The translations under genes were made by a program, and so were the position numbers. A stretch of DNA of 64,000 nucleotides from an uncultured Blautia sp. Lineage in GTDB: Bacteria; Bacillota; Clostridia; Lachnospirales; Lachnospiraceae. The notes under the pieces are model-generated. The model was not told the DNA's origin, did not search any database, and was given only the letters and a program-made list of their open reading frames with translations. The DNA lies in the NCBI GenBank assembly GCA_900549015.1, contig URMH01000001.1, positions 87,775 to 151,774 of the forward strand, written 5' to 3'. Positions 56,875 through 64,000 of this stretch are shown here, piece by piece. Numbering within the stretch: the first letter of the stretch is position 1; each line of letters starts with the position of its first letter.

Positions 56875-57396
56875 ATGAAATTTGAATACATACCTAAGAT
56901 TCGTGCGCAAGAATCGTTTGGATATATCGATTTTCCAGATAAGTTCTACAGATTTATAGATGAATTTAACATTGTAGGTGTTAGATGGTTACAACCTACA
57001 ACCATCAGTGCATCTAATTTTTTGAGAGTACTTCAGGAGGGTTCATCAGCAAAGGCACGTGGATATGGAAGAGGTAATAACAAAGAGAATGATGAATTAT
57101 CGATTCAAATGCAGGATTTTTATCAACCCCTTCTGGATCATGGTGCTTTATGGAAAGTGAAAAATGACAATGTGATATGTACTGCAATGCTATATGGTGA
57201 TAGGGAATCTATCACTGATGGGTTTTATAGAATGGTTAATATGTTCCATTATCCGAAAACAATGAAGATGGAGTTTTTAGATGATAAATATCGATTTCGG
57301 ATTAACGGTGATCATATGATTGCCATCTATTGTGATTCATCACAAGAGAATTTTAACCCGAATTGCTCAGATAGAAAATTGGGAATTATGAGGTGA
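56875..57396 (+). CDS. hypothetical protein
   Basis: RBS GGGGATGGAG; AT-rich. Confidence 0.35.
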   Translation: MKFEYIPKIRAQESFGYIDFPDKFYRFIDEFNIVGVRWLQPTTISASNFLRVLQEGSSAKARGYGRGNNKENDELSIQMQDFYQPLLDHGALWKVKNDNVICTAMLYGDRESITDGFYRMVNMFHYPKTMKMEFLDDKYRFRINGDHMIAIYCDSSQENFNPNCSDRKLGIMR

Positions 57397-57400
57397 ATTT

Positions 57401-57868
57401 ATGCATTTTGGATTTTCCTATATTGGCTTGATGTTTCTTATCATGTTAATAGTTCCGAATCTGTTTTGGACGAAGAATCAGCCCAAAGACTATGAAAAAT
57501 ATGTACATAATGAAAGCAAAATCTTGCTGTTATTTGAGAGAGTTGGCGAAGTTTTAGTGACTTGTTTGTTGCTGATTTTCAAAGATTTTAACATTCAAGG
57601 CATTTCTGCATGGATGATTTGGCTGATTACGGCATTTGTGTTGATGATTATGTATGAATTATACTGGGTACGGTATTTTAAAAGCGAAAAGACGATGAAA
57701 GATTTTTACAGCAGTTTAATGGGTATTCCTGTTGCAGGTGCTACTCTTCCGGTTGTTGCGTGCGGTTTGATTGCTATATATGGACGGAATCCAATTTTAT
57801 TTGTGGCTGCAATAATACTGGGGGTAGGGCATATCGGCATTCACTTAAATCATAAAAAAGAGTTATAA
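57401..57868 (+). CDS. integral membrane protein
   Basis: Four or five hydrophobic helices. Confidence 0.4.
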   Translation: MHFGFSYIGLMFLIMLIVPNLFWTKNQPKDYEKYVHNESKILLLFERVGEVLVTCLLLIFKDFNIQGISAWMIWLITAFVLMIMYELYWVRYFKSEKTMKDFYSSLMGIPVAGATLPVVACGLIAIYGRNPILFVAAIILGVGHIGIHLNHKKEL

Positions 57869-57945
57869 ATGCTGGTTATGATAAGAAATTTATAAAAGTG
57901 TCTCATTGCATAGAATAGGAAAAATGTATATCCTTAGATCAGGAG

Positions 57946-58434
57946 GTGGCGGATATGGCTAATGAAGATAAGAAGGATTTTAATGCAATGTTGCATGATA
58001 ATAAAGATATGCCAAAGTTCCAGATAATTACGGATGAAAAGAGCATTGAGAAATATGGTGGAAACAGGATGTATTTTGCACCACCCATTGCTTATGATGA
58101 AGTGATGAAAAAAATTCCATATGGCAAAGTGATTACAGTTGGAAAGATAAGAGAATTTTTTGCGAAAGAGAATGGTGCAGATTTTACGGAACCTATAACT
58201 GCCGGAATTTTTGTATCTATTGCTGCATGGGCAAGCCATCAGAGATTGGAAGATAAAACGCCTTACTGGAGAACACTGAAAGCAAATGGTGAATTGAATG
58301 AAAAGTATCCAGGCGGTACCCGGAAACAAAAAGAAAAACTGGAAGCAGAGGGTCATATTATCATTCAAAAAGGGCGAAAAAGTATCAGGTATTACGTTAA
58401 AGATTACGAAGATTTTCTGTTTGAAATGGATTAA
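57946..58434 (+). CDS. MGMT/Atl-like DNA-binding-domain protein (no active-site Cys evident)
   Basis: PYGKVITVGKIREFF...PYWRTLKANGEL mirrors the MGMT DNA-binding-domain pattern PYG..TYG.IA...P.HRV with the Cys absent. Confidence 0.35.
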   Translation: MADMANEDKKDFNAMLHDNKDMPKFQIITDEKSIEKYGGNRMYFAPPIAYDEVMKKIPYGKVITVGKIREFFAKENGADFTEPITAGIFVSIAAWASHQRLEDKTPYWRTLKANGELNEKYPGGTRKQKEKLEAEGHIIIQKGRKSIRYYVKDYEDFLFEMD

Positions 58435-58541
58435 TCTGTACCAGACACGCAATGTCCGGTCGAAAATCAGGTGATTCTCGGTTTATGTCGTGGGGTTTTC
58501 TGAAATAATTGGTAAGCTGTAAGTGAAAGAGAGGTAGAAAC

Positions 58542-58688
58542 ATGGACACAAAAAAGATAGGAGCTTTTTTGAAACAATGCCGTAAGGAAAATAATCTTAC
58601 ACAAGAACAGCTTGCAGAAAAGTTTGGTGTATCGGCAAGAACCGTTTCCAGATGGGAGACAGGAGTTTCCCAAACAAAAGGATATTAA
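58542..58688 (+). pseudogene. truncated HTH-XRE gene; C-terminus supplied by the repeat copy
   Basis: 48 aa; the HTH ends abruptly in GVSQTKGY*, identical to the end of the HAD fragment at 59807..59962. Confidence 0.35.
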
Positions 58689-58716
58689 GAAATAACCTGT
58701 GTTTACCTGCTTGCAG
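58659..58716 (+). repeat. direct repeat copy 1 (~57 bp, CAGGAGTTTCCCAAACAAAAGGATATTAAGAAATA.CCTGTGTTTA.CTGCTTGCA)
   Basis: Matches 59943-59990 with 2-3 mismatches. Confidence 0.6.
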
Positions 58717-58884
58717 AATATTGGTATATAAGAGAATGACACTTGAAATATAGTGCCTTTTTCTATATCTAATAATTTCTCATTAGATAAGTGAAAAAGA
58801 ATGACTGTTCATTTTTATCGTGATATAATTTATGTCAAATGGAACAATAAATTGGAAGTTGGTAAATACAATTAGGAGGATTTT

Positions 58885-59496
58885 ATGGAAAAGTGGTTAG
58901 AGTGGGCAATAGAATTACAGAGCCTTGCGCAAGCTGGATTAACCTATGGTAAGGACATCTATGACAAAGAACGATACGAAAGAATAAGGGCTATATCAGC
59001 AGAAATAATATCAAACTATACTGATATAGCAATCGAAAAAGTAAGAGACTTATTTTGTAATGAAACTGGCTATCAAACTCCTAAACTGGACACGAGAGCA
59101 GCCATATTTGAAGATGGGAAAATTCTTCTCGTAAGGGAAAATAATGGGAAATGGTCTTTACCTGGTGGTTGGGTTGATGTTAATGTATCAGTAAAAGAAA
59201 ATACTATCAAAGAAGTGAAAGAAGAGTCGGGGTTAGATGTTTCTGCTGATAGAATAATTGCAGTTCAAGATAGGGCAAAACATAATTTGCCAGTTTACGC
59301 TTACGGTGTCTGTAAAGTTTTTGTTCTTTGTTCTGTTCTTGGAGGGGAATTTGTAAAAAACATTGAAACAACAGAATTTCAATATTTTAGTGAATTTGAA
59401 ATACCAGAACTTGCAGAGGAAAAGAACAATCTTGAGCAAATAAAAATGTGTTTTAGAGCATATCGAGCTGAAAATTGGGAAACTGAGTTTGATTAG
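58885..59496 (+). CDS. NUDIX hydrolase
   Basis: Nudix box GGWVDVNVSVKENTIKEVKEESGL. Confidence 0.7.
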   Translation: MEKWLEWAIELQSLAQAGLTYGKDIYDKERYERIRAISAEIISNYTDIAIEKVRDLFCNETGYQTPKLDTRAAIFEDGKILLVRENNGKWSLPGGWVDVNVSVKENTIKEVKEESGLDVSADRIIAVQDRAKHNLPVYAYGVCKVFVLCSVLGGEFVKNIETTEFQYFSEFEIPELAEEKNNLEQIKMCFRAYRAENWETEFD

Positions 59497-59806
59497 GCAA
59501 ATTCGTGTTTGACAATTTTATATCTATACCCACAAAGCAGTTAGTCTTAGGATTGGCTGTTTTTGCAGAAAAAGATACTTTTAATCTTTAAAGACTTATA
59601 GTTAATATACTTTTAGAAATTTGGCAATAGGAAATTCAAAACAATATTAAGTTAAATGAAAGAACCTTATATAACGACTTATAAGAATATCATTAAAAGT
59701 AAGCAAAAATATTGATTAATAATATCCGAAAAAGAATGATTACCTGATTTTCTGATGATATAATAGATTTGTAAAATAATGATAAATTGAAATTTAGGAG
59801 AAAATT

Positions 59807-59962
59807 ATGATTAAAATTGCTTTTTTTGATGTTGATGGAACTTTACTAAAAATGGGAGGAAAAGAGCCATCTAAAAAGACGATTTCAACTTTAAAACAAT
59901 TACAAAAAAAGGGGATATTATTATGTATGGCAACAGGAGTTTCCCAAACAAAAGGATATTAA
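59807..59962 (+). pseudogene. truncated HAD-family hydrolase gene (N-terminal FFDVDGTL motif only)
   Basis: 51 aa ending in GVSQTKGY* inside repeat copy 2. Confidence 0.4.
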
Positions 59963-59990
59963 GAAATAGCCTGTGTTTAACTGCTTGCAA
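59943..59990 (+). repeat. direct repeat copy 2
   Basis: See copy 1. Confidence 0.6.
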
Positions 59991-60099
59991 ATAAAAGAAT
60001 ATTATTATTAGGTTAAGAGATACTACATAAACGTGTTGGTATCTCTTTTTCTATGCCGTGAAACAGCAGACTATTTCATTTATGCTTGATTACTCTAAA

Positions 60100-60177
60100 C
60101 TTATCTGGATATGATTTGTCAAGGGGTTATTGCGTAAGCAATGCTTTAGCACCCTTTACAAATCATATCCAGATAAG
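60100..60177. repeat. long imperfect inverted repeat (~26-bp arms CTTATCTGGATATGATTTGTCAAGGG / CCCTTTACAAATCATATCCAGATAAG, ~23-nt loop)
   Basis: One mismatch between arms; read directly from the sequence. Confidence 0.55.
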
Positions 60178-60210
60178 TAACTTTTCAAAAGCAGAAAAGA
60201 AACATTAAAT

Positions 60211-60286
60211 ATATCAAAAATATTTGATATATCTCTTGACAAAGTTTAAAATAAAAGCTATGATGAACGTATCAAAATAATTTGAT
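60211..60286 (+). promoter_or_regulatory. ars promoter TTGACA-17-TATGAT (60236-60264) flanked by operator palindromes ATATCAAAAATATTTGATAT (60211-60230) and ATCAAAATAATTTGAT (60271-60286); third copy at 60646-60665 before arsP
   Basis: Consensus-like hexamers with exact 17-nt spacing; three copies of the same palindrome. Confidence 0.55.
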
Positions 60287-60300
60287 GTGAGGTGTTGGGT

Positions 60301-60609
60301 ATGAAAAATGATTTTACAAATGACGCAAAAATCTTCAAAGCACTTTGTGATGAAAAAAGGCTATGTATTTTAAGCCTTTTAAAAAGCGGAGAAAAATGTG
60401 CCTGTGCATTGATTGATGAAATGGAAATCGGTCAATCTGCTCTATCATATCACATGAAGATTTTATGTGATTCCAGAATTGTGGAAAGCAGACAGGACGG
60501 AAAATGGACGCATTACAGACTGAGTAAGTCTGGAAGTGATTTTGCATTAAAAAGATTATCAGAGATAACTACACCAACATCAGAAAGCTATACAAAATGT
60601 TGTAAATAA
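60301..60609 (+). CDS. arsR: ArsR/SmtB-family metalloregulator
   Basis: LCDEKRLCILSLL..CACAL...SALSYHMKIL HTH with metal-binding Cys pair. Confidence 0.65.
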   Translation: MKNDFTNDAKIFKALCDEKRLCILSLLKSGEKCACALIDEMEIGQSALSYHMKILCDSRIVESRQDGKWTHYRLSKSGSDFALKRLSEITTPTSESYTKCCK

Positions 60610-60690
60610 AAGTCATCATCGGGTGGCTTTTATAAAAAAACTTTACATCAAAAATATTTGATATGAATAAAATGAAATGGAGGGATTTTT

Positions 60691-61704
60691 TTGGAAATCT
60701 TACAATCGGTCTTTCTTTTCCTGCAAGACCAGATACTTGGAATGAAGTGGTTAAATAGTCTGATAGGAGATTTATTATCCTTGGTTGGGTTGGACGTGAC
60801 TACACGTTTAGGTGGCAGTATTCAGTTTTTCCTATATGATGTCATTAAGATTACGGTGTTACTTTGTGCGTTGATTTTTCTTATTTCCTATATACAGAGT
60901 TATTTTCCACCAGAGCGTAGCAAGAAGATATTAGGACGCTTTCATGGGATTGGGGCAAATATTGTATCTGCATTACTTGGAACGGTTACACCATTCTGTT
61001 CCTGCTCATCAATCCCGTTGTTTATTGGATTTACGAGTGCAGGTTTACCATTAGGTGTTACCTTTTCATTCCTTATTTCTTCGCCAATGGTTGATTTAGG
61101 AAGTTTGGTATTGCTGATGAGCATTTTTGGTGCAAAAGTTGCAATTGCCTATGTCGTTATTGGATTAGTCGTTGCTGTTGTGGGTGGTACACTGATAGAG
61201 AAACTTCACATGGAAAAATATGTAGAGGACTTTATCAAAAATGCAAGCAGTGTAGATATTGAATCTCCTACCCTTACCAAAAAAGACAGAGTGGAATTTG
61301 CAAAAGAACAGGTAATTGGTACATTCAAAAAAGTGTTTCCGTATATCTTGGTAGGGGTAGGTATCGGTGCTCTCATTCACAACTGGATTCCAGAAACATG
61401 GATTGAAGCAGTTTTAGGAAGTAACAACCCATTTGGTGTTATTCTTGCAACATTGGTTGGTGTCCCTATGTATGCAGATATATTTGGTACAATTCCTGTT
61501 GCAGAAGCTCTTTTATCAAAAGGGGCACAGTTAGGTACAATTCTTTCTTTTATGATGGCGGTAACTACATTAAGCCTGCCGTCAATGATTATGTTGAGAA
61601 AAGCAGTAAAGCCTAAACTACTGGCATTATTTATTTCTATTTGTACGATTGGAATTATTATTGTCGGATATATGTTTAACATATTCCATATATTTTTAAT
61701 TTAG
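60691..61704 (+). CDS. arsP: ArsP-type (DUF318) organoarsenical efflux permease
   Basis: TPFCSCSSIP motif characteristic of ArsP; ~8 transmembrane helices. Confidence 0.6.
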   Translation: MEILQSVFLFLQDQILGMKWLNSLIGDLLSLVGLDVTTRLGGSIQFFLYDVIKITVLLCALIFLISYIQSYFPPERSKKILGRFHGIGANIVSALLGTVTPFCSCSSIPLFIGFTSAGLPLGVTFSFLISSPMVDLGSLVLLMSIFGAKVAIAYVVIGLVVAVVGGTLIEKLHMEKYVEDFIKNASSVDIESPTLTKKDRVEFAKEQVIGTFKKVFPYILVGVGIGALIHNWIPETWIEAVLGSNNPFGVILATLVGVPMYADIFGTIPVAEALLSKGAQLGTILSFMMAVTTLSLPSMIMLRKAVKPKLLALFISICTIGIIIVGYMFNIFHIFLI

Positions 61705-61719
61705 TAGGAGGTATTCAAG

Positions 61720-62064
61720 ATGAAATTATTTGGAAAAAAAGAAGAAAAGAAATCCTGTTGTTGTGGAGGAAATTGCACACCAGAAGCTATGCAGAAAGCG
61801 GAAAAAGTAAAAGCTGATAGTGGAATCAAAATATTAGGGTCTGGTTGTGCAAAATGTATTGCGTTAGAAAATGCTACTCGTACTGCTATTTCTGAATTAG
61901 GTTTAGATTTAGAGATTGACCATATTACAGACTTTGCTCAAATTGCAAGTTATGGAGTGATGTCCACACCTGCTCTCGTTCTCAATGGAAAAGTTGTATC
62001 TTATGGGAAAGTATTATCTGTTTCAGAAGTGAAAAATATCTTACAGCAATCAGAAAAGAGGTAG
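61720..62064 (+). CDS. thioredoxin-fold redox protein (CxxC)
   Basis: GSGCAKC motif; N-terminal CCCGGNC; within the ars operon. Confidence 0.45.
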   Translation: MKLFGKKEEKKSCCCGGNCTPEAMQKAEKVKADSGIKILGSGCAKCIALENATRTAISELGLDLEIDHITDFAQIASYGVMSTPALVLNGKVVSYGKVLSVSEVKNILQQSEKR

Positions 62065-62067
62065 TTC

Positions 62068-63117
62068 ATGGAAAAAAATAAAGCTATAAACTCCTTTCAA
62101 AAGTATTTAAGTTTATGGGTTGTATTATGTATGGCAGGCGGTATTCTCATAGGAAAATTTCTCCCTGCTATACCACAATTCTTGAATCAGTTTGAGTATG
62201 CGAATGTTTCTATTCCTATCGCTATCTTGATTTGGGTTATGATATATCCAATGATGATGAAAGTTGACTTTCATAGTGTCAAGAATATCAGTAAAAATCC
62301 TAGCGGTCTAATCGTAACATGGGTTACGAATTGGCTGATTAAACCATTTACCATGTATGCGATTGCTTCCGTATTTTTCTATGTGGTATTCAAGCTTTGG
62401 ATACCTGCTGAATTAGCAAAAGAGTATCTTGCAGGTGCGGTACTTTTAGGTGCTGCACCCTGTACAGCAATGGTCTTTGTATGGAGTTCTCTTACAAAAG
62501 GGAATCCTGCTTATACAGTGGTACAGGTTGCGACAAATGATTTGATTATTTTAATTGCATTTGTACCAATCGTTAGCCTACTGTTGGGAATGAGCAATGT
62601 ATCTGTTCCATTTGACACATTATTCCTATCAATTATATTATTTGTGGTTATTCCATTAGTAGGTGGTATATTAACAAGATATATTGTAACGAAACAAAAA
62701 GGGAAAAATTATTTTGAAGATGTATTTATAAAGAAGTTTGACGGTATTACAACCATTGGATTGTTGTTGACATTGGTACTTCTATTTTCCTTTCAAGGGA
62801 ACGTAATTTTATCCAATCCTTTCCATATTGTATTGATTGCCGTACCGCTGATTATTCAAACCATTTTGATTTTCTTTATAGCATATTTAGCAAGCTATTT
62901 ATTAAAATTGCCACATGATATTGCTTCTCCAGCAGGAATGATTGGAGCTTCTAATTTCTTTGAATTAGCTGTTGCTGTTTCAATCTCTTTGTTTGGAATG
63001 TCATCTCCTGCCACTCTTGCAACGATCGTAGGAGTGCTGGTAGAAGTTCCTGTGATGTTGCTATTAGTAAAGATAGCAAATAATACGAAAGGCTGGTTTG
63101 ATAAAAATGAGAGATAG
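62068..63117 (+). CDS. acr3: arsenite efflux transporter ACR3
   Basis: GAAPCTAMVFVWS and overall ACR3-family pattern; 349 aa. Confidence 0.75.
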   Translation: MEKNKAINSFQKYLSLWVVLCMAGGILIGKFLPAIPQFLNQFEYANVSIPIAILIWVMIYPMMMKVDFHSVKNISKNPSGLIVTWVTNWLIKPFTMYAIASVFFYVVFKLWIPAELAKEYLAGAVLLGAAPCTAMVFVWSSLTKGNPAYTVVQVATNDLIILIAFVPIVSLLLGMSNVSVPFDTLFLSIILFVVIPLVGGILTRYIVTKQKGKNYFEDVFIKKFDGITTIGLLLTLVLLFSFQGNVILSNPFHIVLIAVPLIIQTILIFFIAYLASYLLKLPHDIASPAGMIGASNFFELAVAVSISLFGMSSPATLATIVGVLVEVPVMLLLVKIANNTKGWFDKNER

Positions 63118-63520
63118 TCTACCAAAAGTTGCATTTGTGTGTGTACACAATTCCTGTCGTAGCCAGATTGCAGAAGCGTTAGGAAAATTGCTGGCTTCTG
63201 ATGTATTTGAAAGCTATTCTGCTGGAACAGAAACGAAACCACAAATCAATCAAGACGCTGTTCGTTTGATGAAAGAAAAATATCAGCTAGATATGGAAAA
63301 AACGCAATATTCCAAACTTTTATCAGATATTCCACCAGTGGATATTGTAATAACTATGGGCTGTAATGTAAATTGTCCATATCTTCCCTGCGAATATAGA
63401 GAAGATTGGGGATTGCAAGACCCAACTGGTAAAAGTGATGAAGAATTTGATAAAATCATTGAAGCAATTTATGAAAAGGTTTTGGATTTAAAATACAGAA
63501 TACAAGAAAATTTAATATAG
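63098..63520 (+). CDS. arsC: arsenate reductase (LMW-PTP/thioredoxin-coupled ArsC)
   Basis: CVHNSCRSQIAEA (CX5R P-loop), downstream Cys pair. Confidence 0.7.
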   Translation: MIKMRDSLPKVAFVCVHNSCRSQIAEALGKLLASDVFESYSAGTETKPQINQDAVRLMKEKYQLDMEKTQYSKLLSDIPPVDIVITMGCNVNCPYLPCEYREDWGLQDPTGKSDEEFDKIIEAIYEKVLDLKYRIQENLI

Positions 63521-63591
63521 TAAAGTGAAAAGCAGTTTGCAAAGCTAAGCAGACTGCTTTTTGAGATTATTGTAAAACAATATTGATGATA

Positions 63592-63840
63592 CTATTTTAA
63601 TTTCAATATATCATTTGGTGAACATTCTAAGTATTCACAAAGTCTTGCCAAAATGGAAAGGTCAATTCTGGAGACCTTATTTTTACAATAATTATTCAGT
63701 TGTGTCCTCTGCAATTTGCAACTTTCACAAATCTTGTTTTTACTGATATTCTTCTCTTTTAATACATTTTCTAAATCGATATATATTTGCATTTGTTCAG
63801 TCCACCTTTTTTTTAAATTATAAGTACAACTGTATTGCAA
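63592..63840 (-). CDS. small HTH_26/XRE-type regulator
   Basis: NISKNKICESCKLQRTQLNNYCKN HTH; start codon uncertain. Confidence 0.35.
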   Translation of the reverse strand: MQYSCTYNLKKRWTEQMQIYIDLENVLKEKNISKNKICESCKLQRTQLNNYCKNKVSRIDLSILARLCEYLECSPNDILKLK

Positions 63841-63900
63841 GATAAGATGTATTGTTGTAGACTGTATTAAAATACAGGTGTAAAAGGGGAATATTGGGTA

Positions 63901-64000
63901 ATGAAAAAAAAGATAGTGACTGTTCTATTACTTGTGGTTTTTATAATCTTCTTATATCTTCAATGGGGTAGAATAATGGACGTTGTAAATAGCTTTTCCA
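63901..64000 (+). CDS. membrane protein (N-terminal fragment; continues beyond the window)
   Basis: MKKKIVTVLLLVVFIIFLYL signal/transmembrane segment. Confidence 0.3.
   Translation, partial: MKKKIVTVLLLVVFIIFLYLQWGRIMDVVNSFS

Overview
This window is mostly the right-hand ~47 kb of a temperate-phage genome (prophage) from a low-GC Firmicutes (Clostridia-like) host, with every gene on the + strand. The prophage is followed by compositionally distinct accessory cargo and a separate integrative mobilizable element. Gene calls rest on translations of the supplied ORFs, Shine-Dalgarno sequences (GGAGG/AAGGAG) and gene order; nothing was searched against a database.

Gene order along the window:
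- Early/replication module, 1-10 kb: a PcfJ-like protein, a DUF5131/Gp37-Gp68 radical-SAM-like protein, a RecU-like resolvase, a DnaN-type sliding clamp, a PAPS-reductase-like PP-loop enzyme, many small Cys-rich or zinc-ribbon proteins, and a sigma-70-region-4-like late regulator.
- DNA-modification-type operon, 10.2-14.8 kb: a sodium:solute-symporter-family transporter whose stop overlaps the start of the first of two tandem PAPS-reductase-like / ParB-like nuclease-domain gene pairs (DndC/DndB- or IbrA/IbrB-like), placed directly upstream of the terminase genes.
- Packaging and head module, 14.9-23.1 kb: small and large terminase subunits, portal, a Mu-F-like head morphogenesis protein, XkdF-like and Gp49-like proteins, a scaffold-like protein and the major capsid protein.
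- PBSX-like contractile tail, 26-39.6 kb: sheath, tube, chaperone, a 1750-aa tape measure protein with tandem repeats and a LysM domain, XkdP/Q/R/S/T/U-like baseplate proteins, and a tail-collar fibre protein.
- A diversity-generating retroelement, 39.6-43.1 kb: a 111-bp template repeat and a variable repeat at the C-terminus of the tail-fibre gene differ at 15 positions, all of them template adenines, with a reverse transcriptase gene downstream.
- Lysis module, 43.7-46.7 kb: membrane and holin-like proteins and a three-domain endolysin.

After the prophage, 47-64 kb:
- A minus-strand amidoligase / gamma-glutamyl-cyclotransferase-like pair flanked by small HTH_26 regulators.
- An AT-rich minus-strand HTH-XRE plus 525-aa P-loop NTPase module, a defence-like candidate.
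- The mobilizable element itself: excisionase-like protein, tyrosine integrase, MobC-like protein, RepA-like ATPase and MobV relaxase, with a candidate oriT.
- An MGMT-like protein and a NUDIX gene flanked by ~57-bp direct repeats and truncated genes.
- An arsenic-resistance operon: arsR, an ArsP permease with the TPFCSCS motif, a thioredoxin-like protein, acr3 and arsC, with three operator palindromes.

The observations most worth follow-up are the adenine-specific VR/TR pair (diversity-generating retroelement) on the tail fibre, including a QMDD rather than YxDD reverse-transcriptase active-site motif, the transporter-coupled duplicated PAPS-reductase/ParB-like cluster, the amidoligase/GGCT pair with an operator-bearing promoter, and the HTH + ATPase module.
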